Below are positions 32,701 through 33,864 of a stretch of 33,864 nt of DNA, piece after piece. Location: the NCBI GenBank assembly GCA_032718475.1, contig JAUCBJ010002195.1:1-33864 (forward strand), read 5' to 3'. Each line of letters begins with the position of its first letter. Positions within the stretch are counted from its first letter, which is position 1. This stretch comes from Nemertoderma westbladi (taxonomy: Eukaryota; Animalia; Xenacoelomorpha). Below the pieces are notes generated by a model. The model ran no database searches. It saw only the letters and a list, made by a program, of their open reading frames with translations, and was not told where the DNA came from. Made by a program: the position numbers and the translations under genes.

Positions 32701-33512
32701 TAATCCGCTATGATTGGAGCTGCGGGATGATGTAATACCGCTTCCGGTTTGACGTTACTTCCGGCGTCCTTCACTATAGAAACGACTGCTAGTTGAGTTT
32801 GACGGCGAACTTTGGGGTTTTCATCGACTGTAAATCGCAGAATCATTCGAAGGATGTTGTGAATCGATTTATCGTTCCACTGCGAAAAATCGAGAGATTT
32901 TAATAAACTTGCGATGCAACCGACGGCGGACCGAAGAAGCAGAGCGTTACGACCTTCCGAATTATCTGTCACAATTGACAAAATACTCTTCGATGTTTCA
33001 GCGAATAAACATCGCAAAACTTTCGAATTAACCCTTTTCATAACGATATTTAGTAAATATAAAGCAGCGGTTGTTTGTTCCACATTTTTAGATGCTGTTG
33101 CTGTTGACAATAGAGCAGCAAAATAATCTGTGTCTGATTCTTTGCCGCCTTCGTGTCTGATAACCTCGGCAACCGCCGCTAATACTGCGCAGATCTCCTT
33201 GGTTTCCGCGTTGGGATGCAACCATAATCGCTCCACCGATTTGAACGTTAAATTCGTGCATTGGCTGAACCCAGTGCGGAAGGATATATTCGAGACTTCA
33301 TCCTCGTCTCTAACATCCAGACCCTCCAGTTGGTGGAGCGTCTCGTCGGTAATACCATGCGATGTCCCAGGAGTGACGTTGTAGATCGTATGGACTCTCG
33401 CTTGGTCTCTGTGCTTTGTTGTCGTTGGATTCGTAGCGCAACTGTGGCCCTTCTTCCATTTCTTAGAAGAGCTGCCACTTTGCAAACGGCACTTATATTT
33501 CGATCTCGGCAT
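29715..33512 (-). CDS. RRP12: RRP12-like ribosome biogenesis HEAT-repeat protein (NUC173 domain); single-exon ORF, 1265 aa
   Basis: [61 protein letters not shown]...VPL...[30 protein letters not shown]; C-terminal [27 protein letters not shown]. Confidence 0.97.
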   Translation of the reverse strand: [1265 protein letters not shown]

Positions 33513-33514
33513 GA

Positions 33515-33532
33515 CTAAAAGACATTACAGCA
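33515..33532 (-). promoter_or_regulatory. Putative splice acceptor 2 nt upstream of the RRP12 ATG
   Basis: The minus strand reads ...gctgtaatgtcttttAG|tcATGCCG. Confidence 0.45.
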
Positions 33533-33864
33533 TTACACATTACAATACAGCATTAAACTGTTAAACATTAGGACGGGTGTAGGACTATATTACTGTCTTA
33601 TTACACTCAGAAAGTATTTTAGATCAGTAGCTGTATTCTGTATAGGCCTAGACAGATAGATATAAATAGACTGTACACATTTTTAATTCAAATGTCAGAA
33701 TATGTTTATTATTCATCTGATCAAATTAAAACGACAAAACAACAAATTATTTAGGCTATACAATAATAAAACAGATCCATGGTGCACTCAGCCATCCCAT
33801 GCTGTCATGCTTATAAAACAGTAATTTAAGCACCACAGAGTATTTAATAAGGCCTTAAACTACT

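Noticed and set aside
1-33864. Prokaryotic or viral origin suggested by intronless ORFs
   Set aside because: RRP12, TMEM127, BEL/Pao, SINE, RTE and the MITE landscape are all eukaryotic, and gene density is very low.

Overview
Eukaryotic genomic DNA, most likely from an invertebrate animal; the species cannot be identified from the sequence. Two intact minus-strand host genes are present, each as one uninterrupted ORF: a TMEM127-family membrane protein (7461-8708) and RRP12 (29715-33512). Almost everything else is transposon-derived. (1) Bases 1-4559 are the 3' part of a BEL/Pao-type LTR element. It has gag and protease but no recognisable RT, RNase H or integrase; in their place are a short membrane-anchor ORF, a 12-copy hairpin array, a PPT and a hairpin-rich 3' LTR. 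(2) Bases 9018-21912 are a four-level nest of non-autonomous elements with resolvable TIRs and TSDs: two MULE-like, one piggyBac-like, one hAT, a tRNA-SINE and RTE-LINE 3' ends. The nest also holds four elements with CAGT...ACTG ends and perfect 5-bp TSDs that I cannot assign to a superfamily. (3) Two abutting perfect palindromes lie at 22523-22649. (4) A decayed pogo-type DD35D+PHD transposon spans 23130-25913. (5) A ~460-bp tandem repeat and an Academ-like remnant follow. All coordinates were read by eye, and family calls come from motif recognition, not database searches.
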